Source: Betaproteobacteria bacterium RIFCSPLOWO2_12_FULL_62_58 (GTDB taxonomy: Bacteria; Pseudomonadota; Gammaproteobacteria; Burkholderiales; SG8-41). Taken from it: a stretch of DNA of 64,000 nucleotides. Below the pieces are notes generated by a model. It searched no databases. It was not told the origin of the DNA and worked only from the letters and a program-made list of their open reading frames with translations. The position numbers were made by a program, and so were the translations under genes. The stretch is taken from contig MERI01000231.1 of assembly GCA_001772005.1 (NCBI GenBank), positions 2,762 to 66,761 on the forward strand. The letters are read 5' to 3'. This document shows, in pieces, positions 36,015 to 45,257 of the stretch; within the stretch, counting starts at the first letter, position 1, and every line of letters begins with the position of its first letter.

Positions 36015-37016
36015 ATGTTTCATTTCAAGATCGCCCTCCTTGCAGCGGGGCTTGCTTTTCCCCACGCTGCTGCTGCTGGACAGAGTACCTGGAAGCCGGA
36101 GAAAAACATTGAGTTTGTGATCGGCTCGGCTGCGGGCACTGGGACCGACGTGGCAGCGAGAATAATTCAGCAGTTGTGGCAAGAAACAAAGGCCCTTGAT
36201 GTACCAAGTGTGGTTGTAAACAAACCAGGGGGAGGTGGTGCCGTAAGTTGGGCCTATCTCGCTCAACGTTCTGCGGATCCTCACCATCTTTTGATTACCT
36301 CATACAACATCGTAGGCGGTCATATTACGGGAAGATCAAAGCTAACGTATACTGACTTCACGCCCATATCGCTATTGATAAGTGAGTATATTGCGTACTC
36401 GGTTCGAGCAGAGTCGCCGATAAGATCAATACTGGATCTCGTTAACATGCTTAAGAAAGATCCCGGCTCGGTTTCAGTTGCAATATCCGCCGCATTGGGC
36501 GGCGCAAACCATATTGCTCTTGCATCGTTTTTGAAGTCAGCTGGAGTAGACCATCGGAAGGTTCGTGTAGTCGTGTTTAATTCAGGCCGCGAATCCATAG
36601 TTGCCGTTTTGGGAGGGCACGTGGATTTTATGGTTGCTTCCGGCTCTGCGATTGCGTCAGCTGTCACATCTGGGCAGGTTCGGCCGTTGGCTTTTTCAGC
36701 GCCCAAGAGAGTTGGTGGAACGTTCGCATCCATACCTACGCTGGCTGAGGTTGGCTTTCCTGTCTCGGCGGACAATTGGAGAATTGTGATTGCACCGAAG
36801 AACTTGACACCCGCTCAAATCAAATTTTGGGATGTTCAGTTTGAGAGACTTACCTCATCAAGAGAATGGAATAAAGAACTGGAATCCCAGAATCTTTCCA
36901 ATAACTATCTAGATAGCGCAGACACGACGAAGTTTCTTCAACGTCAGTACAACGAAGTCAAAACAATCCTCATGGAACTCGGGCTTGCGCGCGCAGCCCA
37001 ACCGACCGTTCAATAA
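36015..37016 (+). CDS. TctC-type substrate-binding protein (second subfamily)
   Basis: Signal peptide, then WKPEKNIEFVIGSAAGTGTDVAAR and KPGGGG. Confidence 0.8.
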   Translation: MFHFKIALLAAGLAFPHAAAAGQSTWKPEKNIEFVIGSAAGTGTDVAARIIQQLWQETKALDVPSVVVNKPGGGGAVSWAYLAQRSADPHHLLITSYNIVGGHITGRSKLTYTDFTPISLLISEYIAYSVRAESPIRSILDLVNMLKKDPGSVSVAISAALGGANHIALASFLKSAGVDHRKVRVVVFNSGRESIVAVLGGHVDFMVASGSAIASAVTSGQVRPLAFSAPKRVGGTFASIPTLAEVGFPVSADNWRIVIAPKNLTPAQIKFWDVQFERLTSSREWNKELESQNLSNNYLDSADTTKFLQRQYNEVKTILMELGLARAAQPTVQ

Positions 37017-37025
37017 GGAGGAGTT

Positions 37026-37451
37026 ATGTCAATGCATACTAAGACAGCCGCAACACATTTTTTCGATTTCCACGCGCTTCCAGCACATTCTTTCACCAAG
37101 CACACAACCTCAAACGGGTCCGCCGTCACGGGCGATACGGTAATCGTCGGCCTTGTGAACAAGCCGCGCGGGTCGGGCTCGCAACCTCACCGCCATCCGT
37201 TTGAACAATTTAATTACGTGATAAAGGGCAAACTCAAGGCGCTGGTGGGTGAGGAAGAACGAGTGGTGGGGCCGGGTGGACTGATCCACATCCCGGCTAA
37301 CACGCTGCACACTATCGTCGCAACGCCAGAGGAAGATGTAGTCTTTTTCATGGTAAAGGAGAAAACGCCGATGGGCACAGCAGGAATACCCGAAAACCCG
37401 AATGTTACCGGACCACGCTATGAGCCAGGGTTCGAACCGAGAAAGATATAG
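37026..37451 (+). CDS. Monocupin protein
   Basis: HRHPFEQFNYVIKGKL...HIPANTLH. Strong AAGGAGG SD. Confidence 0.7.
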   Translation: MSMHTKTAATHFFDFHALPAHSFTKHTTSNGSAVTGDTVIVGLVNKPRGSGSQPHRHPFEQFNYVIKGKLKALVGEEERVVGPGGLIHIPANTLHTIVATPEEDVVFFMVKEKTPMGTAGIPENPNVTGPRYEPGFEPRKI

Positions 37452-37548
37452 TCTCACTTCCCTGCTTGCAACAAGGGGCGCGTCTTCGACCCTGCCAACA
37501 TATTTTAACGACCTCAATTATACTGGGCCTCGATAAGGAGGAGCAAGA

Positions 37549-38053
37549 TTGCGGCGTCAGCCGCCGCAATCAAGTCACAATGTGGAGGATCGCGAGTTGA
37601 GCAGGCGCGCAGCGAGCTTGACCCGCGCGCATACGCCCACCGCGCAAGTTGCGGCGTTCGTGGCGAACACCGAATACGCGTCTTTGCCGCCGGCCGTGGT
37701 CGCGGCGCGCGACGGTTTTTTTCAGACTTTCGGCGCAGGCGGCGAAGCGCCCGATCTGAGCGATGCGCTTGGACGGCCGTACGCCTTCGAGGCGCCCGGC
37801 ATCACGATCAAGCCGTATCCCGCGTGCACGCGGTCGCATCCGGCATTCGATGCGGCGCTCGCGATCGCTGCACAACGCGAGTTGTCCGTGGACTCGATCG
37901 AAGTCGTCGGATGCGACATTGCGCCCGCGGTCCTGCAAGTTGTGAAAGTCGCGAATCCGCGCAACGCGATGGAAGCGAAATTCAGCCTGCCATTCTGTCT
38001 GGCGGCGGCATTGCTCGACGGCAAAGTCGTGATGGACACGTTTTCGGATCAGA
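37549..38053 (+). pseudogene. MmgE/PrpD gene remnant with a large internal deletion
   Basis: The N-terminal motif AAFVANTEYASLPPAVVAA is joined directly to the C-terminal-domain motif RDGFFQTFG...PYPACTRSHPAF...EAKFSLPFC. About 210 codons of the family core are missing. Homology ends at FSDQTAE. Confidence 0.7.
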
Positions 38054-38320
38054 CTGCCGAACGTGCCCACGGTGGCGGGAACCGTGCCAAGCTACACGGC
38101 TACGGTCTGGTACGGACTACTGGTTCCCCGCGGCACGCCGCCGGCCGTGATCGAAACGTTGAACCGCGAGATCGCGAAAGCGCTCGCAGTGGCCGAGCGC
38201 CTCGCGGCCGTGGGCTTTCAGCCGGAGCCCACCACGCCGCAGGCGTTCGCGAAATACATCGAAACGGAAGCGGGCAAGTGGGCGCGCGTCGTCAAGGAAG
38301 CGAACATCCAGACGGACTGA
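38051..38320 (+). pseudogene. C-terminal fragment (~88 codons) of a Bug-family gene
   Basis: A different frame from the PrpD remnant reads LPNVPTVAGTVPSYTATVWYGLLVPRGTP...KWARVVKEANIQTD, the canonical Bug C-terminus. There is no N-terminal two-thirds. Confidence 0.7.
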
Positions 38321-38369
38321 CGGCGGGCCCGACGGCACCGGGGCCCACGGTAAGCCGCGCACCGCGATC

Positions 38370-39725
38370 ATGAGAGCGACTGCAGAACCGGCCATCGCGG
38401 TTACGCGGCAGCTCGGCCGTTTCATCGCGACTTCTTCGTGGCTGGATATTCCGGTGGACGTTCGGCGCGAAGCGAGGCGCACGCTCGTGCACTGGATCGC
38501 CTGCGCGATCGGCGGGTCCACGCATGACACGGTGGAGCGTGCGGTGAGGGCACAGCTCGCGATGTCGAATCACGGCAACGCGCGCCTTTTCGGGCGTCGC
38601 GAGCGCCTAGTCCCTGCTTCGGCCGCGCTGGTCAACGGGATCGCGTCGCACGTACTCGATTTCGATGACACTCAGCTCGGCGCGACCAACGTGCACCCGA
38701 CCGGCCCCGTTGCCAGCGCCCTGTTCGCGCTCGCCGAGATCCGGCCTCTCTCGGGCGCGGCGCTGGCGCACGCGCTCGTGCTCGGGATCGAGGTGGAGTG
38801 CCGGCTCGCGAATGCCGTGTTCAGGCACGCTAACCGCGGCTGGCATGTGACCGGCGCCGTCGGCAGCCTCGGCGCTGCGGCGGCATGTGCGAAGGCGCTG
38901 GCTCTCGAGGAGCAGCAAATCGCATTTGCGCTGGGCACCGCAGCCACGCAGGTGGTTGGGCTGCGCGAGATGTTCGGCAGCATGTGCAAGAGCCTGCACA
39001 CGGGCCGGGCTGCCGATAACGGGCTCACGGCAGCGATGCTCGCGGCCGAAGGCTATACGAGCGCCGATGCGGCCGTCGAGGGTCCACAGGGTTACGCGCA
39101 GGTCCTCAACGGCGCGACCGATCTCGCGGGCGTGGTCGGCGCCCTCGGCCAGCGATATGAGATTTCGCGCTTGAGCTACAAGCCGTATGCCTGCGGTGTC
39201 GTCATGCACCCGACGATCGAGGCATGCCTGAGGGCGCGCGAAGCGCGTCCCGATCTCTCGGCGCGCGCGACGGCGATTACGCTGCGCGTCCATCCCGATG
39301 TGCTAAGTGCGACGGGCAAGCAATCGCCGCGCACGGGTCTCGAGACGAAATTCAGCGTGTACCACGCCGCTGCGGTCGCGCTCGTGCACGGTATCGCGGG
39401 CGAGGACGCGTTCAGCGACGCGATGGCCGTCGATCCACACGTTTCGGCCGTTCGCGGCCGGGTGCGCGCACAGCCTGACGAAGCTGTTCGCAAGGACGAA
39501 GTGCACGCAACGTTCAGCCTTCCCGGCGAAACCATCGAGGAGCACATCGATCATGTGGTCGGTAGCGTCACGCGACCCATGACCGACGCCGACCTCGAGC
39601 GCAAATTCGAATCGCTCGCGGGCGAAGTACTGGGCGCTTCCCGGTGCGGCCGTCTGCTCGAGCGATGCCGCGGCTTCGAAGAGATCTCCGATGCCCGCGA
39701 AGTACTCGCGGCCGCAACCGCTTAG
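38370..39725 (+). CDS. MmgE/PrpD family protein (paralog 5)
   Basis: LGRFIATSSWLDIPVDVRREARRTLVHWIACAIGG. Full-length family layout. Confidence 0.85.
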   Translation: MRATAEPAIAVTRQLGRFIATSSWLDIPVDVRREARRTLVHWIACAIGGSTHDTVERAVRAQLAMSNHGNARLFGRRERLVPASAALVNGIASHVLDFDDTQLGATNVHPTGPVASALFALAEIRPLSGAALAHALVLGIEVECRLANAVFRHANRGWHVTGAVGSLGAAAACAKALALEEQQIAFALGTAATQVVGLREMFGSMCKSLHTGRAADNGLTAAMLAAEGYTSADAAVEGPQGYAQVLNGATDLAGVVGALGQRYEISRLSYKPYACGVVMHPTIEACLRAREARPDLSARATAITLRVHPDVLSATGKQSPRTGLETKFSVYHAAAVALVHGIAGEDAFSDAMAVDPHVSAVRGRVRAQPDEAVRKDEVHATFSLPGETIEEHIDHVVGSVTRPMTDADLERKFESLAGEVLGASRCGRLLERCRGFEEISDAREVLAAATA

Positions 39726-39759
39726 TGCTCTGCCCGAATTCATCGTTGAAATAGCGAGC

Positions 39760-40506
39760 ATGCAGATGGAAACACGCGAACTCGAAGGCAAAGTGGCGCT
39801 GGTGACGGGGGCATCCCGTAACATCGGTCGCGCGATAGCTGAGGCGCTCGCCTCGGCAGGGGCAATCGTCGTCGTCAATGCGCTGAGATCGAAGGCCGAT
39901 GTCGGGGCCGTGGTCGCGGGGATAGCCGCGAACGGAGGCAGGGCATCGCCGTATCTCGCGGACGTGACCGATGGCGCCGCAGTGCACGCCATGATCGGGC
40001 AGATCGTCGCGCAGCATCGGCGGCTCGATATCCTGGTGAACAACGCTGTGACTCACCAGGACAAGCGTTTCCTCGAAGCAACGTATGAAGACTGGCGGCG
40101 AACGCTCATGGTCACGCTCGACGGCGCCTACCACTGCACGCGCGCCGCGGTGCCCGTGATGATCGAAAGTGGAGGCGGATCGATAGTGAACATCGGCGGA
40201 CTGGCGGGGCACGTGTACATGTACGATCGGGTGCCCGTGTCGGCGGCGAAGGCAGGGCTTGCAGGGATGACGCGTGCCCTCGCCGGCGACCTCGCACGGC
40301 AGAACATCACGGTCAACTGCGTCGTTCCCGGCCCGACCAATACCCTCCGCGCGAAGCCCTCGCGCCAGGACCCGAACGAGATCCCGATTCCGCGCCTCGC
40401 CGAGCCCGCGGAGATTGCAGCGATGGTAAGGCTGTTGTGCGGCCCCGGCGGGCGCTATACGACGGGGCAGTGCATCCACATCAACGGCGGCCTCCACATG
40501 GGCTGA
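39760..40506 (+). CDS. Short-chain dehydrogenase/reductase (SDR)
   Basis: From ATG 39760: LEGKVALVTGASRNIGRAIA, NNAV and the S...K catalytic region. The ORF extension to 39691 overlaps the PrpD 3' end. Confidence 0.8.
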   Translation: MQMETRELEGKVALVTGASRNIGRAIAEALASAGAIVVVNALRSKADVGAVVAGIAANGGRASPYLADVTDGAAVHAMIGQIVAQHRRLDILVNNAVTHQDKRFLEATYEDWRRTLMVTLDGAYHCTRAAVPVMIESGGGSIVNIGGLAGHVYMYDRVPVSAAKAGLAGMTRALAGDLARQNITVNCVVPGPTNTLRAKPSRQDPNEIPIPRLAEPAEIAAMVRLLCGPGGRYTTGQCIHINGGLHMG

Positions 40507-40564
40507 TACGACTCGTAGTGCACTGCCCCAGAACCGGCATCACTGCCGAACGAGGAGGAGACAC

Positions 40565-41557
40565 ATGAACATGCTCACCAGAACGTTGTTGCACCTTGCC
40601 GCCGGTTTGTGCGCGGCAGCGATGCTCGGCACGTCGTCGCGCGCCCACGCTGCTGCATCTTGGACGCCCGAACGCAACGTGGAGATTATCGTCCCGACGA
40701 GCCCCGGCAGCTCCCAGGACGCCACGGCGCGGCTCATGCAGAACGTACTTCAGGGAAGAAAGCTTGTGAGCGTGCCCATTACCATCGTGAACAGACCCGG
40801 CGTGGTCGGGACGGACTATCTGCTGCAACGCGCGGGCGACGGCCACTATCTCTACATCGGTTCCGCGGTCGTGCTCACGAATCACATGACGGGAAAGAGC
40901 GCGATCGACTACATCGATCTCACAGCCGTAGCCCAGCTCTTCGGTGAATACATCGCGTGCGTAGTCAACGCGAATTCCGCGATCAAGAACGGCAACGAGC
41001 TTCTCGAGAGACTGAAGAACGATCCCGCATCGCTCAGCATTGCTTTTGCGACCAGCCGGGGCAATACCAATCACGTCGCAATTGCACAAGCGGCCAAGGC
41101 CGTGGGCATCGATCCCAAGGCGTTGAAGATCGTCCTTTTCAAGTCGGGCGGAGAGGCGATGACTGCGCTCCTGGGTGGCCACGTGGACGTGGTGTCCTCC
41201 GCAGCCGGGACGGTTGTGGATCACCTCGCGGTCGGACGTGTGCGCGCCCTCGCGATTTCATCACCGCAGCGCATGAGCGGAGTGCTTGCGAGCGTTCCGA
41301 CCTGGCGCGAGCTCGGCGCCGACTCGGTCGCGTCGAATTGGAGGAACATCTTCGGCCCGAAAGGCATGACTCCCGAGCAGATCCAGTACTGGGAGGAACG
41401 CGTTGCCCATTTGGTCGAAACGGACGAATGGAAGCGTGACCTCGAAAAGCGCTTCCGCGCGAATACGTTCATGAGGAGCAGCGAGAGCCGGGTCTTTCTG
41501 CACAGCGAGCACAAGAGGCTGAAAGACATACTGGCCGACCTCGGGTTGGCAAAATGA
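40565..41557 (+). CDS. TctC-type substrate-binding protein (second subfamily)
   Basis: GAGGAGGAG SD, signal peptide, then WTPERNVEIIVPTSPGSSQD. Confidence 0.8.
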   Translation: MNMLTRTLLHLAAGLCAAAMLGTSSRAHAAASWTPERNVEIIVPTSPGSSQDATARLMQNVLQGRKLVSVPITIVNRPGVVGTDYLLQRAGDGHYLYIGSAVVLTNHMTGKSAIDYIDLTAVAQLFGEYIACVVNANSAIKNGNELLERLKNDPASLSIAFATSRGNTNHVAIAQAAKAVGIDPKALKIVLFKSGGEAMTALLGGHVDVVSSAAGTVVDHLAVGRVRALAISSPQRMSGVLASVPTWRELGADSVASNWRNIFGPKGMTPEQIQYWEERVAHLVETDEWKRDLEKRFRANTFMRSSESRVFLHSEHKRLKDILADLGLAK

Positions 41558-41582
41558 CAGCGCAACTGGTGCCGCGGCCCGC

Positions 41583-41607
41583 GCGCTCAGCGGCGGGTGC
41601 TGAGCGC
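41583..41607 (+). terminator. GC-rich hairpin 26 nt after the TctC stop (no U-tract)
   Basis: GCGCTCAGC-ggcgggt-GCTGAGCGC, a perfect 9-bp stem with a 7-nt loop. Confidence 0.3.
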
Positions 41608-41688
41608 CTCCGGATTGATGCGCCGATCGGTCGGCCGCCGGCAAAACCGCCGCGCAGCGGCGCGGGGCTCCTGAGCGGACCTGCGTGC

Positions 41689-42192
41689 TTATACGTAGTC
41701 CTTGTACTTGTCGAGCAGGCGCACCGGCATCGACAACGCGTCGCGCCGGAACGGATCGCCGCGCTCGCACGTGACCATCACTTCGAGCACTGTGGTGCGA
41801 CCGTCGCGCTGCGCATCGCACGCAACTCGTAGCGCCGGACCCACGTCGGAGAGAATCGTCACCAGCACGCCTTCGGCGCCCATCGCCTTCGCTATTCCCG
41901 CAAAGCTCACGGCGGGGCAGATCGAGACCGAAGGGTGCGTCATCTGGATGACCGAGATGCCGCTCCAGCCGACGATGTCGGCAGCCGTCCCGTTGACGAG
42001 CGCTGCGTCGGGCGCGCTGGTCTTGAACGATTGCGCAAGCACCGTCGCTTGCGGCGCGCCGCCTTGCTTGCGCACGTAACGGCAGAGGATCTGCGGCGCA
42101 GACTCGACCATGCCGCCGAGCGCGATGCCCACGGATACGCGCTGGATCGTGCGTGCGGTATTATCGTTTGCACCACCCGCCCCTGTGGGCAC
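41689..42192 (-). pseudogene. Chimeric ORF: PrpD N-terminal fragment fused to the C-terminal tail of a TPP-dependent enzyme
   Basis: Residues ~22-95 (GGMVESAPQIL...ISVIQMTHPSVSICPAV) match the PrpD paralog 4 N-domain. Residues 96-167 (FAGIAKAMGAEGV...GDPFRRDAL...LDKYKDYV) look like the extreme C-terminus of an acetolactate-synthase/Xsc-like TPP enzyme. Confidence 0.65.
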
Positions 42193-42215
42193 GACGATTT
42201 CGAACTATGGAACAA

Positions 42216-43190
42216 TCAATCTATAGGGATTTTAGCTTCCGTGATAACCCGCTTCCACGTATCGGCTTGAGCTTTTATGAACTTCGTTAAACCTTCGGGC
42301 GTACTGAGTGTAACTTGAAATCCCACGGTTCCCAACTTTTGTACTACGTCCGGCATTTCCAGAACTTTGCCGATGTCTTGGTTGATTTTCTCAATGATGG
42401 CTGTCGGCGTCCCTCGCGGCATGAGCAAGCCATACCAGGTCGTGGCATCGTAGCCGGGTACCGTCTCCGCGACGGTAGGCACGTCCGGCAATTCCGGGAT
42501 GCGCTTGGCCCCGGAAACTGCAATGCTGCGCAGCCTCCCTGATTTCAGATGCGGCATTACCACGGGTGTAAGCGCCATCATCACCTGCACCCGTCCCGCG
42601 ACGAGGTCCGTGACCGCGGGCGGAGTGCCTTTGTACGGGATGTGCAGCATGTCTATTTTGGTCATCAACTTGAAAAGCTCTGTGGCCAGGTGCGGTCCGG
42701 TAAGCGAGCCGCCTGTTCCGTAGTTGATTTGCCCCGGTTTCGATTTGGCGAGCGAAATCAGGTCTTTTACCGTTTTCACCGGCAGACTGGGATGCACCGA
42801 TAGCACATTGGGTACAGAGGTAAGCAGCGCCACCGGTACCAGATCGCGGTAGGGATCATATGGCAGTTTCTTGCCCATGGCGATCAGGTTGGCGTACGTG
42901 CTCGATACCAACAGCATGGTATGGCCATCCGGGGAAGCTCCGGCCACAAGAGAATTGGCAATGATCCCGCTCGCGCCCGGCCGGTTATCGATCACCACCG
43001 GCTGCCCCCACATTTCGTTCAGTTTAGGAGCGACAGCGCGCGCGAGAACATCACTGGTGCCGCCGCCCGGAAATCCCAGCACCCATCGAACGGGCTTGGT
43101 CGGAAAGTTCTGCGCCGCGCCCGGCATCGATGCGATCGCAATCGCGGCCCCCGCTATGGCTAAACTCACATAACGCCGCATGATATTCAT
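42216..43190 (-). CDS. Bug-family substrate-binding protein (lower-GC copy)
   Basis: ATG 43190 is preceded by AAGGAGG; the ORF opens at TTG 43217. Signal peptide followed by FPTKPVRWVLGFPGGGTSD. Confidence 0.85.
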   Translation of the reverse strand: MNIMRRYVSLAIAGAAIAIASMPGAAQNFPTKPVRWVLGFPGGGTSDVLARAVAPKLNEMWGQPVVIDNRPGASGIIANSLVAGASPDGHTMLLVSSTYANLIAMGKKLPYDPYRDLVPVALLTSVPNVLSVHPSLPVKTVKDLISLAKSKPGQINYGTGGSLTGPHLATELFKLMTKIDMLHIPYKGTPPAVTDLVAGRVQVMMALTPVVMPHLKSGRLRSIAVSGAKRIPELPDVPTVAETVPGYDATTWYGLLMPRGTPTAIIEKINQDIGKVLEMPDVVQKLGTVGFQVTLSTPEGLTKFIKAQADTWKRVITEAKIPID

Positions 43191-43206
43191 CCAGTCCTCC
43201 TTTAAT

Positions 43207-43866
43207 TTATGAGCCAAACTCTTCGGAACTCAGTGAGACGGGCTCCGCACCTTGCGCGGTCAAGCGCTCCGCAATTTCAGGCGTCCGCAGGGCGCTGGAA
43301 ATGCTGGCGTGGAGCACGCTCACCCTTGCTCTCGGTACAGAAGCGGGCGCCACCACCCCGAACCAGGAAGTTACGTCGAAACCCGGAATCGCCGCCTCGG
43401 CGATCGTAGGTACTTCCGGAAAGGCCCGTGAGCGCCTGGCGCTGGTTACAGCCAGCGCCGTGAGCTTGCCGCTGGCCACGTGTGGCAACACCAGAATGAC
43501 GGGCGAAAACATCGCAAAGGCAGGTGCGCTGAATAGAAGCGTATAACCGTCTCCGGCTGCCTTCGCCACCATCTCGGTGCCGATGTTGCCGCTCGCACCC
43601 GCCCTGTTGTCGACCACTACGGGCTGGACCATCGTCTTGGCCATCTGTTCGGCGACGATTCTTGCAAGGATGTCGCTGATGCCGCCCGGCGCGAAAGGCG
43701 CCACCATCCTGATCGGTTTGGACGGATACAGCTGGCCAATAGCCGGCGATGCGGACACGAGCGCACAAACGAAGGCGACACTTCGCGCGATCGACATAAA
43801 CCCAATCAAGGGCCCCGCCTTCCTGCCGTAGGTCCGCTCACGCGCGTACAAGCTAGCCTCCCTCAT
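43207..43866 (-). pseudogene. Bug-family gene with internal deletion and 3' truncation
   Basis: 219 aa against ~325. The N-lobe (YPSKPIRMVAPFAPGGISD...GYTLLFSAPAFAM) jumps straight to ..HVASGKLTALAVTS. It ends at SSEEFGS, without the ..KW..V.. C-terminal helix. Confidence 0.65.
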
Positions 43867-43890
43867 ATCGCTGATTTGCGCGCGCCCGAT

Positions 43891-45246
43891 TCATGCCTGT
43901 CCGGCATATAGATCCGCAACTGACGCAAGCTCGTCTACATGCTGCAGCGCTCCAAACAGACGTGCGACATCCACGCTGCCGCCGCCTGCTGCGATGCAAT
44001 CGTTGAATTTGTGCCAGAGTTCACCGGGCCTCAGCGGATTGGCCGGGTGGCCCCGGGGCCTGCGCACCTGCTCGCTCGACAAATGCTTTCCTGCCGCAAG
44101 CGCGATGTGCACCTCGTCATATATGGACTGCACCGGCGATTCGGCGTCATAGATCTCGTTGGTTTCGACACTTACTCTTTTCATGAAATTCTGGATACCT
44201 GCGTTTCGCACGAATTCATCGGTCAACTCGCTCAAACCGACATTGCCCGAAATCAGCGCGGCAGCGACAGCGAACTGGGCGCTGAACTTGGCCTCAAGCG
44301 CTGTCTGCGGAAACGCGTTGCGCAACAGCTTGGCTGCGAGCAAGCTCAGACAGACGCGCACATGCACGACCTGCTCTGCTTTGATGTCTTGCGCTCCTGC
44401 GAGATCCAGCACCGCATCGACGATACGGTGGGCGGCAAAGCAAATGGGATATTTCTTGATGCTTAGTCCTTGCTTTTCGATCTGCCAGGTCTCGCCGATA
44501 CGGATGGTGCGCGCGTCGTAATCGCCCGACTGCGAGACCGCATTGAGGAAGCCCTGGGGATGCTCGAGCGCATCCGGTGCGCTTGTCATCCCGAGTTCCG
44601 CCAGGCGCGCCGCCAACACGCCGGCGTGCGCGGCGCAACCGGCGTGAAACGGCTTCGTCATGGTGCCGAAATTCGCCATCAACCCGCTCGCACGGGACGC
44701 CGCAATGCCGAGCGCCGCCGCCGCTCTTCGGGAATCCAGGCGTCGCAACCGCGCGCACGCTGCGGCAGCTGCGATCGGGCCGAAAATGCCCGTTGGATGC
44801 CATCCTTTGTCGTGATGCTTGCCGCGCTCGCGATCGACGAGATCGGCCCATACCTCGTATCCGGCGACATACGCGGTTGCGATCTCTGCGCCGGAATTGC
44901 CCAGCACTTCGCCTTCTGCCAAGAGAGCCGGCACGAGCGTCGTGCTGGGATGGCCGCGCAGTGCAACGTCATCATAATCAAGAGCGTGGGCAGCCGCTCC
45001 GTTGATCCATGCAGCCTCCGCCGCTCCTGATTTCTCCCTGCCGAAGTAAAGCGTCGCCTCGCGTGTTTCCGACGCGCCGAGCGTTCGCTTCAGAATCTGC
45101 ACCACAGGCTCGGACTTGCCGGCGACCATGGTGGCGGCGCAGTCCGTAAAACCCGAACGCACCGTCGGCCAGACGGTGCACGGAATATCGCCAAACTGGA
45201 TGCTGCTGGCGAATTCCCCCAAAGCTGCGGTCAATCCCACGCTCAT
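43891..45246 (-). CDS. MmgE/PrpD family protein (paralog 6)
   Basis: From ATG 45246: LGEFASSIQFGDIPCTVWPTVRSGFTDCAATMVAG. Full family layout. Confidence 0.85.
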   Translation of the reverse strand: MSVGLTAALGEFASSIQFGDIPCTVWPTVRSGFTDCAATMVAGKSEPVVQILKRTLGASETREATLYFGREKSGAAEAAWINGAAAHALDYDDVALRGHPSTTLVPALLAEGEVLGNSGAEIATAYVAGYEVWADLVDRERGKHHDKGWHPTGIFGPIAAAAACARLRRLDSRRAAAALGIAASRASGLMANFGTMTKPFHAGCAAHAGVLAARLAELGMTSAPDALEHPQGFLNAVSQSGDYDARTIRIGETWQIEKQGLSIKKYPICFAAHRIVDAVLDLAGAQDIKAEQVVHVRVCLSLLAAKLLRNAFPQTALEAKFSAQFAVAAALISGNVGLSELTDEFVRNAGIQNFMKRVSVETNEIYDAESPVQSIYDEVHIALAAGKHLSSEQVRRPRGHPANPLRPGELWHKFNDCIAAGGGSVDVARLFGALQHVDELASVADLYAGQA

Positions 45247-45257
45247 CCCCGATCCCC

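Noticed and set aside
37425-37445. GGGTTCGAACCG, a tRNA T-loop look-alike
   Set aside because: It lies inside the cupin CDS (codons EPGFEPRK) with no flanking acceptor or anticodon structure.
38063-38373. Treating 37549..38373 (274 aa) as one intact protein
   Set aside because: Past residue ~168 the frame becomes Arg/Gly-rich nonsense, while a different frame encodes a clean Bug C-terminus. It is better explained as two fused gene fragments.
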